NCBI GenBank assembly: GCA_024679065.1
Contig: JAGIQG010000010.1
Location: 57,722,001 to 57,786,000, forward strand
DNA from: Sphyrna mokarran
Taxonomy: Eukaryota
Length of the DNA: 64,000 nucleotides
Reading direction: 5' to 3'
Each line of letters starts with the position of its first letter. The first letter of the stretch is position 1. A program made the translations under genes and the position numbers. Positions 62,292 through 64,000 of the stretch are shown piece after piece. The notes below the pieces were generated by a model. It did not search any database, was not told where the DNA came from, and was given only the letters and a program-made list of their open reading frames with translations.

Positions 62292-63067
62292 ATAACAAAG
62301 ACAGACTTGCAATTATATAGAACCTTTCAAGAGTGCAGTAAGTCCCAAAGCATTTTACAGCCAATGAAAGATATACAATAGTCATTGAATCCCTAACAGT
62401 GCAGAATGAGGCCATTAAGCCCATCAAGCCTGCACCGACAGCTATACCACCCAGATCCTATTTACATTGCTAATTTCTATAACACTAACAGGCAATTTAG
62501 CATGGCCAATCCATCTAACTCACAAACCTTTGGATGATGAAGGAAACCAGAGCACCCACATGAAATCCGCAGAGGCACAGGAAAAATGTGTTGATTTCAC
62601 ACAGTCACCCAAAGCCAGAATTGAACACAGGTCCTTGGTGCTGTGAGGCAGCAGTGCTAACCACTGCTAACCAGGTGCTAACCATTGTGCCACCTTGCCA
62701 CCCATGCAGGAAAGATAACACTTGGTATTTTTAATCGCCTCTTTCCTCACTGTCCAAGGCCCAAGCACTAATTTCAGGTTAAGCAGGATGACATGTCCGA
62801 TTTGCTGTTTGTCAGACCGTGCTGTGTGCAATATGATAATGACCAGACAGTGAAGTCTTAGTGATGTTGATTGGGGGAGTAAGTATTGTCGAGCACACTG
62901 AGAATAACTCCCCTGCTTGTCTTCAAAATAACATCATAGGATTTTTTCCAAATCTCACTTGGAAGATGGCATCCACATCAATGCAGCATTCCCACAGAGA
63001 AGTGCAACTTCAACAAACAACCTTCAGACTCTGAGGCGAGAGTGATTCCATCAAAATCACAGCTGAA
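62292..63067 (-). mobile_element. Deu-domain SINE interrupted by an HE1+Penelope block
   Basis: 3' end GACTTGCAATTATATAG..CCCAAAGCATTTTACAGCCAATGAA at 62300-62369; resumes TGATAATGACCAGA..AACTCCCCTGCT..CAACCTTCAGACTCTGAGGCGAGAGTG. Confidence 0.7.
62381..62703 (-). mobile_element. HE1 SINE
   Basis: GAATCCCTAACAGTGCAGA..GGCAATTTAGCATGGCCAATCC..GCTGTGAGGCAGCAGTGCTAACCAC. Confidence 0.9.
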
Positions 63068-63664
63068 ACTATTCCTCCACAGATCCCTTCCACAGTGGAA
63101 CAAGGTCTAGAAGTTGAGTTTATGGACATTATTTTAAGGCTTCACTGGAGTGAGACCAGAAATTCCTGCCCAAGATTAACAGATATTTGTATTGTTGCAT
63201 CCTTGTCCATGCCGATTCCATGGTAGGCAAAGTGGTAGAGTTCCGGCCTACATGCTCTTATTTATGCAACAAATTTCGTTCTAATAGTGAGCATGCTTGA
63301 TACAGGACTGCTATCATATCACTTACCTGCCACTCTGAGCTAAAAGAATTAGAACTATTTATAATCAGGCATCACCCTCTTTAAGGCAGGAAGGCCAGTT
63401 CGGTTCTCGATTAGCTTCTCATCCATAGCTGCTGATAGATCCTTGTGTTTACACAAGTAATGGAAGATAAATCTTCTTGTGCTGTTGTAACCTCAAAATT
63501 CACTTGTCAGATTCTTAAAAGCATAAAATGCAGTTCAATGTTAACAGTATTTCGTTTCTTTCACTCCAGTAGTCATCTGATAGAGAACAGGATCAGCAAG
63601 AATATCTCATGGCAATCCTGTGACCTTGCTGCCAATGTAGAGTGAGCTCAGGTATTAAATGAAA

Positions 63665-64000
63665 GCACAGCGATGTTGTCCTCTCTTCGCTGGAGCTTCG
63701 GTTGCAGTGTTTTATCCAGTCAAATTACTTTCGCTTTTCTGAGGATTAATACTCGTATTAAAAGAAATCAAGTAACGCCGATGGCATTTGCACAAAAAAG
63801 AAGCATTAGTGAGGATAAGTATCACATGGACAGCTGCAGATTACTGTGTTTACACAGTTGGCAAACATTTTCTTCGCTTTTTTCCCCCCCGCTAGACGAA
63901 GATCTCAACTCCCCGCCCACCGCCCCCCTCCAAAAACATAAATGAAGAATTGAATTTAGATTTGAAAAGAGGAATTTCCGGCAAATTGAACTAAACAACT
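63665..64000. promoter_or_regulatory. Possible edge of a promoter or CpG-retaining regulatory region
   Basis: Repeat-free, more CpGs than the flanks, GC boxes CCCCGCCC 63911-63918 and CCGCCC 63920-63925. Confidence 0.35.

Overview
Eukaryotic (vertebrate) genomic DNA, very likely a shark. The repeats resemble HE1/V-SINEs, Deu-domain SINEs, CR1/HER1 LINEs and Penelope-like elements, all recognised from memory of family consensus sequences and not from a search. I found no intact protein-coding gene, tRNA, rRNA or CRISPR array; the window reads as intronic or intergenic. Much of it is decayed mobile DNA: about 10 HE1-type SINEs in two tail variants, CR1 fragments, a Rex1/Babar insertion, Penelope elements, a Gypsy pol remnant, probable solo LTRs, a hAT MITE and many PIF/Harbinger-like TIR elements with remnants of their Myb and transposase genes. 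The most interesting observations are: (1) short fold-back elements carrying minimal hammerhead ribozyme cores, one with a perfect 13-bp target-site duplication (TSD); (2) an HE1 SINE subfamily whose tail resembles the Rex1 3' end instead of CR1; (3) a subterminal hairpin whose loop is flipped between copies of one TIR family; (4) a SINE+Penelope junction duplicated into another SINE. Several repeat-free islands look regulatory or exon-like, including a splice-signal cluster at about 18.1-18.7 kb and a CpG/GC-box stretch at the window end. Repeat boundaries are approximate unless a TSD or TIR is quoted.
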